Source: the human T2T-CHM13v2.0 reference genome, Homo sapiens. Taken from it: a stretch of DNA of 64,000 bases. This document shows positions 48,947 through 64,000 of the stretch, one piece after another. Made by a program: the position numbers and the translations under genes. The stretch lies in assembly GCF_009914755.1 (NCBI RefSeq), contig NC_060933.1. One strand, written 5' to 3'. The notes beneath the pieces were generated by a model. It was not told the DNA's origin, did no database searches, and saw only the letters and a list, made by a program, of their open reading frames with translations. Position 1 is the stretch's first letter, and the number at the start of each line of letters is the position of its first letter.

Positions 48947-49216
48947 TTTGTTTGTTTGTTTTTTTTTGAGACAGAGTCTCACTCTGTCACCCAGGCTGGA
49001 GTGCAGTGGCGCGATCTTGGCTCACTGCAACCTCCGCCTCCCGGGTAGCTGGGACTACAGGTGCCCGCCACCACGCTGGGCTAATTTTTTGTATTTTTAG
49101 TAGAGACAGAGTTTCACCGTGTTAGTCAGGATGGTCTTGATCTCCTGACCTCATGATCCGCCTGCCTCAGCCTCCCAAAGTGCTGGGATTACAGGCTTGA
49201 GCCACCGCGCCCGGCC
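48947..49216 (-). mobile_element. Alu (AluSc/Y-like) with internal deletion
   Basis: Perfect TSD acaagagtgaattctt at 48931-48946 and 49217-49232. Confidence 0.93.
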
Positions 49217-49469
49217 ACAAGAGTGAATTCTTAATTCTTTCCCAAAACCTAGCTGATCCTGGCTGGAATTGCTTCTGCATCTGTGGGGTAAGCTAGGGGT
49301 TGGCTGTCAGCGCAGCTCATGGGGCTGATGAGCCACATGTCTCTCATCATCCAGCAGGTCGCAGGGGCTTGTGCTTGTGGCTGCAGCAGGGCTCCAGGTG
49401 GGAGAGTAGCAGATGCAAGTCTTCCAAAGGCCTAGGCTCCCAAGTGGCCCACCATCATTTCTGCTACAT

Positions 49470-49784
<315 letters not shown>

Positions 49785-51044
49785 TTTCTGTTGCATTCTA
49801 TTGGCCAAAGCAAGTCAGAGTCAACCCAGATTCACAGGATGGGGAAACAGACTCCACCTCTTGATGAGAGAAGCTGTAAAGTCACATTGCTAAGGGGGAG
49901 GATATAAGGAGGAGACTAGTTGGAACCATTTTTGCAATTTTGGAAGATAACTGCTATCTTATTCAAGGAGGTTACACAACCTCTCACTTTTCAAACATCC
50001 CAGATTTCTATAAATCTCCATCTCTGGCTTGGTGGCCCCTAAGAATTCTCAATCCATTTTGGTGAGGGGACATTTAGTGATGAGTGTTGTCTTGCTACAT
50101 GAGTAGTTCTATTATTGGCATTCCCTTGCTACTCATCCATTATTTATAATGCTTTCCTGTATGTATGTGCAATTATATTTCTGTGTACATTTTGAGAAAT
50201 AAATTGCACTGGTCCCTTTTCTTTCTCACCCCCTAGAGATGTTATAGAGACAGTAAAAGTGTCCAAATTTGTGAGAAATTGGAATAATCAAGCATTACCT
50301 GGATGGAATGCTATTAATGATAGCAATTCACGCTAGAGTCCCTTTCATCTGAGACACTCAGGATCTGTTAAGAGATTAAAAGTACTAAAAGACACCGATC
50401 TAGAGAATTTTCATTATCTTGTGCTCTGAAAACTCAGAAGTTCATTGGTTTGAATGGGCCCGAAAATACATTTTTATTACTAGGGGCATAGAAGCCTCTA
50501 GCAGCATTCTTAATAAAGCAAGGTGAGTTATAAGCAATCCTTGGATGAAGGGTAAATGTACCATACTCCATTTTAAGAAAAATACAATATAAAAGCCTTA
50601 GCATGGAAGAAAATCTTTATATGATCTTTTAAGAAAACTCAAGAAAAATAGAGACATGACACAATATTAAATTTAAAGCCAGGGACTTAGAAGCAAAGAA
50701 AAGCAAAGACAGTCTGATTAAGGTTGTTGCATTGTTCTGGCATTTTTTATGTCTCTGCCGTTTCTCTGGCCTTTTTAGATCATAAGCTTTTAGGGCACAT
50801 GGAACAACTCCATCTTGATATAGTACTGAGCAAACGCACCAAGAGGTTCTCAATAAATGGGCATTAAATCCTAAGTCCAGAAGGGACCTTGAGATGCCCT
50901 CTGTTCACTCCCTACTACACCTGGTGGTACTGTGTTTTAAGCAACCCAGAAAAACAGATTCCTTTTTCTTTAAGTCTCCAAATTCAGAGACTCCACAATA
51001 TGAATTCATTTCTCACCTTTGCCTTGTGCTCTTTTTTAATGTCA

Positions 51045-53515
<2,471 letters not shown>

Positions 53516-54853
53516 CAGGAGTAGAAAATGTCTGCAATGTGAATACTATAATCCATTTGCTTCATGAGCATTGGCCTGTACCACAAAGTCAAGGTAAGCA
53601 GAAGAGCTCTGTAGGCCTTGACTCCAGCTCCAGGCTGCTAGAATTAGAGGTAGATGATCTGGGTTTAAAAACTGATTCTCCCAGTTGCTAGCTGTGTGAT
53701 CTTGGGTAAGTTATTTAACCTCTCTGTGCCTCTCTCTCCATCAGCAGCATGGGCATAATAATAGACCTTCCCCCAGGAGGCTGGATTATTGGAATTAAAT
53801 GAGATAATAGATACATGCCTGTAGCAGCACCAGAACAAAGTAAGCATGCAGTGTATGTCATCTCAGCTCTTATTTTTATTAGGAGACAGGTATTGTTAGA
53901 AGATACAGTGTAAACAGGACTAAATATACTCTAAAACAAAAGCTCCTACAAAAATGTCAGTCTCCTTTCTTCCTGAAGCTTGCACAAACAGGAAGGGAAT
54001 GGCTAGAGTAAATAACCCCACACTAGGGACCTCTTGCCTCCAGCAAACAGGGTCTAAGAATTACTACAAGGGCAGGTATGTCAGTCCCTGTCACCCTAGG
54101 CTTCCCTTTGATTTCTCTCCCTTATCCTCTGTGGGTGGATTTCCCTTTTATTGCAGGAAGAGAGAAGGAACTTGCATTAAAACTAAATCTATGCTTACTT
54201 GGAAACTTCATGACTTTTTAAGTTGAAAAAATTCCTGACCAAGAGAAAGGAGCCAATTCAGGATAGGCTTTAATTGGCTATTAGAGCACTTACTGGGTGG
54301 TGGAAATCACTCGGCCTTTGGCTTCAGGCCGTGTGGGGCACCCATGGCAGGCATTAATAGCCCATTAACGCACACCCTGTCACTGCTTTATTTCCTAATT
54401 AATACTGCCTGCTTTAGGGATAGCAGAACACAGCTATAAAATTGTTTTATCTATTGCTTCAGCAATGAGGGAGAAAAAAATGTTATTAGCATCTCATGCC
54501 TGTCACACATTTGTGGCTGGACTAGAAAATCAGAAGGATCAGTATGGGATTTATTTTCTGAATCTTCACCCCAGAGTGGAGAAAGGTCAATCCCAAACCA
54601 AACCCCAAGGAGGCTTGAATTTTGATGGTATTGTCAGCTCTTGGGTTTCCTTTAGCATCTTAGAAATTTGTGAAGCAGAAAGAAATGATCAAAGGCAGGG
54701 CAGATTAGCCTCATTCTCCTTTCAGGCTTGAGGAGAGAGAGAAGGGGAGGACTGCCGCGTACAACTGGGCAGGTTGTGCACTGTGCAAGGGCCGGGGGCG
54801 GCGGGGGGTGCCTCTAAGACAGCCCAATTTATACCATAGATATAGAATGTTTA

Positions 54854-55232
<379 letters not shown>

Positions 55233-55246
55233 TTATACTGTAGAAG

Positions 55247-55462
55247 AGTGTTTCTCAACAGGAGTTATTTTGTCCCCTAGGGGATATTTGGCCATGTCTA
55301 GAGACATTTTTGGTGTCACAAGTAGGCAATGTGCTTCTTGCATCTAGTTGGTAGAGGCTGAGGATGCTATGAAGCATCCTACAGTGTTCATGGCAACCTC
55401 CCACGACAAAGAATTACCCAGCGCACAATGACACTAGTGCTGAGGTGGAGAAGCTCTGGTCC
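55247..55462. mobile_element. MER20-like DNA transposon (hAT-Charlie MITE)
   Basis: gtgtttctcaac...ggggatatttggccatgtctagagacatttttggtgtcaca...gctgaggtggagaagctctg. Confidence 0.8.
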
Positions 55463-56198
55463 AGAGGATAAAGGCAAGGTTCTCTGTGTCTCAGTCTGAC
55501 ATCTCTTCTCTGCTTGTCCTGGATAAATGACTGCTGGAGAGGATGTGAACCATTTCTGACATTATGCCCTAGCAGCCCATGGCGCACCCTAGGTGCCTGC
55601 AGGGGCCAACACGCTCAGAGGAACATAAGGCCACCTGACAGCAGGCCCATGTCCCTGGCAGGGCGGAGGATCAGGGTGGCAGCCATCCTGGGAAAAGCCT
55701 TCCTGTCCTGGGGACCTCAGTTCATCAGGCTCAGGTGTCTCTTCTTTTCATCCTGTGGCCTCTGAGATGAACCGGCTTTCCTTGTCTTTCCAAACCTTCC
55801 CAACTTGTGATTCCTTGACTCTGAAGAGCGGGACAGAGTATCCTCAGATTTGCCTTCCACATTGCCTCCAAGACCCGTTTTGGAAGGTTTTGTGGATGAT
55901 CAATTGGGGGATGGGGCAGTAATTTTGAGACACAACAGAGAATTCTCCAGCTGGTGACTGGGTTTCAATCCCAGCTTTTCCACTTGCCAGATGCATGGCC
56001 CGTTCACTGAACCTCTCTGTGCCTCAGTTTTCTCATCTGTAAAATGGGGTTGATTACAATAGTGCCCATGTCATAGGGTTTTGGTGAGGATTGAGTTAAT
56101 ACATGTGATGTATCCGGAGCAGCTTTTGGCATGTAGTAAACACCACATAGGTGTTAGCTAATCTAGGCTTCCTTTCACATTCATATTTTGGGTACTCT

Positions 56199-57859
56199 TG
56201 ATGGCAGTGGCAAGCCATCCAAAGCGGCCACTACCATCACGTTGGCTGCAGCAGGGAGGCACAGGCAGTGACGGCAAGAGTGGCTGTGGGAGCAGCGTGG
56301 TCGAGCGTGGAGGGGTGGGCAGAGAGGGGCCCCGAGGTGGAGCTGGGCCCAGAACAGTGCTGCACTCCACCGAGCCCGTAGGAGCCAGGAGCAGGCAGGA
56401 GCCCCACCCTCCCAGGTGCAGCTGCAGCCACCCAAGTCGCGGCTGTGGACCCAGGCATCTCTGCACTCTCGAAGGTCTGGAAAGGGCCCCCGTTTCCCCC
56501 AACAGGCTCGGAGTTGTCTGCTCCCCGTGCCTGGCCCCTCCCCACTCCTGCTGCCTGCTCCAATCTCAGAGCAAGGCTGGGCCCAAGACTGGGCACTGTT
56601 GCAGCCTGACCGGGTGTGCACAGTATTGGGGCAGCGCTGACACGCCAGCCCCCTGCCATCTTGGCCCCCTCCATGGGCAGACTTTGGGCACCAACTAGCA
56701 TGGGAGGAAGGCCTAGCAAGGGCTGAGGGCAGTTTGGTGTGGGCCTGTAGGCCCCCCTTGGCACGAACAGCCTGGGCGCCATGAACGGTGGCGGGAGGCA
56801 AATGGCTCCTGAGTGGAACGGGGCGGGTCCCCAGGGAAGTCCCACCTTTAGGCTGGGGAGTGCCTGAAGCCTGGAGGCCTGGCTGCTGGTCCCGCGGGAA
56901 CTTGTGGTGCTTTCCCCAGGCACGCCCATGGCCTCCCATGGACCAATCAGCACACACTTCCTCCCCTCTGAGGCCCATGAAAAGCCCCAGACGCAGTCAG
57001 ACCAGAAGAGACGTTGGGCCAACCAGCTGCGGAGGGAAGGTATCTACCCCAGGGTCTTCTCTCTGTTGAGTGCTGAAGAGATGACGGGATGACCTGCCTG
57101 CAGAGAGGAGCTACCGTCTCTGCTGAGAGCTGAATACTTGTCTGGACACCCTGGCTACAGAGAAGAACTACCCACTGCAGGTCTCCTCTGAGCTGCTCTA
57201 TCATTCAATAAAGCTCCTCTTCGTCTTGCTCATCCTCACTTGTCTTTCTGAGGAGAATACCTCATTCTTCCTGGATGCAGGACAAGAACTTGGGACCCGC
57301 CGAAAGGCAGGGATGCAAGAGCTGTAACACAAACAAGGCTGAAATACACCCCTTGTTCACCACATTGAGGGTGACAAGGAGAGAAGAGAGAACGAGAGAA
57401 GAGCTGCGGCTTTTCGAGGAGCCCAGACCCAGGAGCTTCTTGAGCCAGGGATGTGACACTCTCTTTAAGGCTCTGCGGTTCCTGGAGTCTTCAAGCTTCT
57501 GGGTGCCACCATGTTCCCTGGTGTCAGCTGGGAACTGCTTGTGGTACGCCTGGTCCGGCCGCAGCTTCGCAGGGAGCTGGCGCTTGTGCCAGTGCCTGGA
57601 GCTGCCCGCCCTGCTGCAGCCGGTATGCCTGGCTGTGCACAGTGGCCCAGACCCCAAGCATGCTCACACACCCCTCGCCACTTTGCGTTCGGCTCACCTT
57701 TGGCAGGCATGGGATCCAGGCCAGTAGCGTGAGCTGAGTGCGCCTGCCAGGCTGAGTGGGCGGAACAAGCCCAGCAGGTCAGAGCAAAACTAGGGCAAAG
57801 GCACCACTGGCCACAGAGGTTACCAGCTGGCAAAGCGACACGGTAAGGATCCCATAACA
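56199..57859 (+). mobile_element. MER52-type ERV1 solo LTR (~1.66 kb, GC-rich)
   Basis: TGATGGCAG...GGATCCCATAACA termini; CCAAT 56943; AATAAA 57207-57212; matches the recalled MER52A layout. Confidence 0.82.
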
Positions 57860-57860
57860 A

Positions 57861-58182
57861 TGTTTTCAGTTAGCTGTGACTGCCATAACAAAATATGGCA
57901 GAGCCCAGCAACCAGAGAGCTTAAACAACAGAAATTTATTTTCTCATGGTCTGGGTCTGGAAGTCCAAGATTAAGGTGCTAGCAGGTTTGCTTTCTTCTG
58001 AGGCCCCCCTTCTTGGCTTGCAGATGCCACCTTCTCACTGTGTGGACATCGTTGTCCCTCTGTGTGTGCCTGTGTCTGGTGTCTCTTGGTGTTTCCAAAT
58101 TTCCTCTTCTTAGAAGGACACCAGTCAAACTGGATTAGGGCCCACCCTAGTGGGCTTGTTTTAACTTAATTACCTCTTTGAA
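57861..58182 (-). mobile_element. MaLR LTR (MLT1B/C-like), truncated
   Basis: ctgccataacaaaata...ttaaacaacagaaatttattttctca...ggaagtccaagattaaggtg. Confidence 0.8.
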
Positions 58183-58437
58183 GAAACCCCATCTCTACAA
58201 AAAATACAGAAATAGCCAGGCGTGGTGGCACATGCCTGTAGTCCCAGCTACTTGGGAGGCTTGAATCCAGGAGGTGGAGGTTGCAGTGAGTCGAGATCAT
58301 GCCATTATACTCCAGCCTGGATGACAAGAGTGAAACTCTGTCTCAGAAAAAAAGAGAAAGTTTACAAATTTGTGTTGGGCTACATTCAAAGCTATCTTGG
58401 ACCACATGTGGCCCATGGGCTGCTGGTTGGAGAAGCC
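58183..58437 (+). mobile_element. Partial Alu (58183-58355) followed by half of a MER30-like element
   Basis: Alu begins at gaaaccccatctctac; then gaaagtttacaaatttgtgttgggctacattcaaagc...ggttggagaagc. Confidence 0.75.
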
Positions 58438-58979
58438 CACTCTAGTCCCTGGACCATACAGCAGGAAAATGTTGAACAATACAAGCCTGATCTGTAAGAG
58501 CTTAGAGTCGGGGGAGGGCAAGAGACAAATAAATAATTCTATCTTCGTACTTCTATGAGTAAGGCAGTGCCTGGTGTTTGTGGTTCTCAAAGCATGGTCC
58601 AGCATGGAGCTGCAGCAGGAGACTTACCGAGAGTCTTATTAGAAATGCACATTCTCAGGCCACATCCCTGATCCATTGAATCTAAAAGTCTGAGACTGGG
58701 GAAGGGTCTGCGATCGTGTTTTAAGAAGCAGTGTAGGCTGTTCTGATGCTTGATGGAGTTTAAGAATGATTGCTGGAGATGAGAATGGGTCAGATGCGGT
58801 GTCTGGCAGGTAACAGATGGGTACGTGGGCTCAAGAGTTAGAAAACTGTAGATTCCTATCTCAAGCCAGAGAGACCTGAGTTCCAATCCCTGCTCCATTC
58901 CTGATACCAACCTAAATAACAGGGAGAGCCTGTCTAAAAGAAAATGATGTCTATATGGGCATCGAAAAATTAATTACAA

Positions 58980-59724
<745 letters not shown>

Positions 59725-60775
59725 TCAGATTCAAGGTAAGAGCTCAGGCCCAGTTTTGCATCTACCTTATTTATGTTCCCATGTCAATAAACAGTAGGTG
59801 TTTCCCTTCCTTCACTTTCCTTTTCTAGCTATTGAGGGGCAGGTTAGAGCCACACTCTGACAGTGATCATGTATCTTAGATTTTTGTGGACAATCATGAT
59901 TTTAAACATTTTTGTCTGGTGGTCCACCTAAGAGCATGTCATTTTCATACAACAGGCTCCCAAATTAGGTTTAGAAATTATGGCCACAGTGCCTACTGCA
60001 CTTAAGATGCAACTTGGAGGGGTGGGGAGGGAGTGGCAGGTGACAGGAGGTAAAGCCAGCCGTCAGAGAAGGAGCAGAGAAAATCTGTAACTCTAGAACA
60101 AGTCCTGGGATATAATAGTTTACTGTAGCAGCAAGCACTAGTCTCTAGTTTACTGATAACTCTATTCCTCAAAGAGTCTACTAGAAGGAACACTGAATTC
60201 ACAATTTTCTAGCTGTAAAATGGACATTTTAATACCTGTTTGTTTTCTTTGAAGGTTATTTCAAGAACTAATGCTAATACCAATAAAGCCCTTTATTTAT
60301 TTAAAAATGAACTAAAGTAACTTGGAAAGTATTACTTTTGCTCTTAACCACTCTTCATAGCTACCAAGCAGCAGCTCTATTTACACTGAATCCTGGAAGT
60401 ATGAAATGATCCTGTTTATACCCACAAAATATTCTTGTGCAAAGTGTGCAAACGATTAGGGTCCAGCGCTCAGGCCTCGTCCGGGAGCCACTGCATGATG
60501 GGCTCAAATCAATACACATTACAGCATCCTCAAGGGTCTTTGGCAAAAGCCTATAAATTACTTTGCTGAAGGCATTTGTTAATTGAACAGCAGACCCTGA
60601 GTGGCAGGAACAATGCAATTGTGAGCTGGGAAAAGCCCCTCCGAAAATCAACAGATGCAAGCGAACCAGTCTCAACGGTGAGGGCTGATTATGATGTGGC
60701 TTCTATTTTGGACAATAACCTCTGTTTATGATAGCCTCCCGGTCATTAAAAATCTCTGCTGTAAGAGAAAACTGA

Positions 60776-61144
<369 letters not shown>

Positions 61145-61512
61145 TCATTTCTTTTATAAGCAGAAGGGAAGGTGCTGCTCAATAAAGATCAATTAAACAT
61201 CTCTGTTAAAAGGCTGCTTGGGAGCGGGTGCCAATAGAAACTCCTCCATATTAAGCCCATGTTCCTACATTCCTCCAGCCTTCCCCATCTCTGTTATTTT
61301 GCTCTGGGGAAAATTTTAAGGGGACACTGGCTATTGTAATTATATAAGGTGACAGTGGCTCTCACGTCTATGGCTGAATGATCTTTGATGTTGAATGACT
61401 TCTCATGCATTCAGTAAGGGCATCCCCAGACAACAACAGGCAAATCAAATGCTTTTCTGGACTCAACTGAACATCAGCCATCTTCATGAGAGAGTTAAAA
61501 AAAAAAAAAAAG

Positions 61513-61864
<352 letters not shown>

Positions 61865-62467
61865 TTACATGGTGGTCAGAGCTACTAAATCCTGGGATGC
61901 AGGAGTAGCTTGAGGGGCCCTGGGTGGTTCATTGTGTAAAGAGCATAGTTCAAAGCTCCCTGTAATCCCCACCATTTTCCACTTGAAGCTTCATCGTAGT
62001 CCTTTAAAATACTGTATGTTTCTATTATGTTTATACTGTGTCCTTATCATGTAAGCTGGAACTCTTGTTCAGAATTAACTGCCCTGTTTTCTGAGCTCTG
62101 GTACAGTCTTCTTATATTTCAATTATCATACTTCCTAAAAGTTAATTTTTCAAATATCTGTATCTTGTCCAAGATGTAAACTCCTTTTTTATCTTTTCAT
62201 ACTCTCTCATCCATTCATCCCGAGATTTGGTTTGAGTCTTTGCATATCACAAGTGTATTGAAATAAGCTTGCAAGTATCACAGTCTGCATCTTGACAGTC
62301 ACATTCGTAAGAGGAGGGCTTGCACTCCGGCTGGAGTTACGTGAGAATCCACGTCCAACGAATGAATATGGCTTTAAGGGGGACACTTCCATTTTCGCTT
62401 AAAACCAGAAATTGTTGAACTTAATTATCACCAGCAGTAATTCAGACATCAAAGCTCTAGGCCTCTC

Positions 62468-63089
62468 TGTATTAGTTTTCCGTTGCTATGTATCAGAAAT
62501 GTAGCAGTTTACTGCAATAAAAATTTATGAGCTCACAATTTTTATAGGTCAGAAGAATAGGCATGGTGTGGCTGAATTTTCTGCTGTGCTCCGTGACTCA
62601 CTGGGCTGATGTCAAGGTATTGGCCAGGGCTCTGGATCTCATCTGGGGCTTGGAATCTTCTTCCAAGCTCAGTAGCTGTTGGCAGAACTCATTTCCTTAT
62701 GGTTGCAGGACTAGAAGCCGTTTCTTGCTGGCTGTCAGCTGGGGTGCTCTCAGTTCCTAGAAGCCACCCACCTTCCTTGCCCCACAGACCCCTTCATCTC
62801 TAAGCCAGCAATGGACACTCTCCCCTCTACTTTGGCCCCTCCTTCCACTGTGATTCTCTCTGACTGGCCTGTCTCTGACCCCTAACTCAGGTTTCAAGGG
62901 CTCCGTTGATTCCATCAAGCCTATGAGGATAATTGCTCTACCTTAAGGTCAACTGATTTGGGACCTTAATTACATCTGTAAAATCCTTTCAGAGTAGCAC
63001 CTAAATCAGTGTGGTTAAATAATTTGAAGAAGTGTGTCTACACCGGGATATGCCAATCTTGGAGGCCATCTTAGAATTCTGCCTAACAC
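62468..63089 (-). mobile_element. MaLR LTR (MLT1D/E-like)
   Basis: TGTATTAGTTTTC...ggccatcttagaattctgcctaacACA. Confidence 0.72.
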
Positions 63090-63383
63090 ATTCACCAATA
63101 TGACAAGTTGCAAGCTTTGCTTACCTGTCTGTGCTGGACCTACCAAGTCTTCTCCCTGTGTCTTGTAGTTATGTAGACAGAGGAGATCAGCAACCTCCAT
63201 CTGACATTAAAAGTGCTGCTTCTTGAAGAGGGAGGGAAGATATAGCTCTGACTTTATCCTTCAACATGAGTGATGTTTCATGGCGTTTGGAAGATGCCCT
63301 TGTAAGTCAGTTGCCTGTTAAGACACAACCTTAGTGAGTTGACCACTAGTGAGCATTAAAGGCTTTTTAAAAATGGTATTATG

Positions 63384-63705
<322 letters not shown>

Positions 63706-63756
63706 TTATGAATGGTCTAAGATAGGGGTCAGCAAACTACAGCCAGCCACCTGGTG

Positions 63757-64000
63757 TTTTTTTTTTTTTTTTTTTTTTAGACGGAGTCTTGCCTCACTCT
63801 GTCACCAGGCTGGTGTGCAGTGTGACCTCGGCTCACTGCAGCCTCTGACTCCCTGGTTCAAGCGATTCTCCTGCCTCAGCCTCCTGAGTAGCTGGGATTA
63901 CAGGCGTGTGCCACCACACTCAGCTAATTTTTGTACTTTTAGTAGAGACGAAGTTTCACCATGTTAGCCAGGATGGTCTCAATCTCCTGACCTCGTGATC
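63757..64000 (-). mobile_element. Alu (AluS), cut by the window end, inserted into a MER58-like end
   Basis: Poly-T then antisense Alu; preceded by aggggtcagcaaactacagcc. Confidence 0.9.

Noticed and set aside
56158-57860. Several overlapping 110-265 aa ORFs on both strands
   Set aside because: They lie within a GC-rich LTR where stops are scarce; no gag/pol/env or other domain similarity
56195-57863. Target-site duplication for the MER52 LTR
   Set aside because: The flanks (ctct versus atgt) do not match convincingly, so no TSD is claimed

Overview
Primate genomic DNA, very likely human. It carries the 3' part of the intron-containing PSAT1 gene (phosphoserine aminotransferase 1) on the + strand: seven coding exons (canonical exons 3-9; 1102-28304) with GT-AG junctions and matching phases, then a ~1 kb 3'UTR ending near 29310. 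The remaining ~35 kb has no recognisable gene and is repeat-dense. It includes a full-length L1PA6-like LINE-1 (33553-40022, TSDs visible) with a nested AluY, a 5'-truncated L1PA3-like element, a ~1.66 kb GC-rich MER52-type solo LTR, and further Alus (about 30 across the whole window), MLT/MIR/L2 remnants and DNA-transposon remnants. Nearly all ORF-track entries are Alu, L1, LTR or low-complexity artefacts. I see no convincing new biological system. The best leads are: (i) an open ORF0 homologue with a strong Kozak context and splice donors in the L1 antisense-promoter region, pointing back at PSAT1; (ii) a 5 x 80-bp intronic minisatellite with a canonical G-quadruplex motif in every unit; (iii) a CpG-forming GCG codon at Ala99; (iv) inverted Alu pairs around the exons; (v) several microhomology-type deletion scars. 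Repeat subfamily names, exon numbering and variant or literature links come from memory, not from searches.
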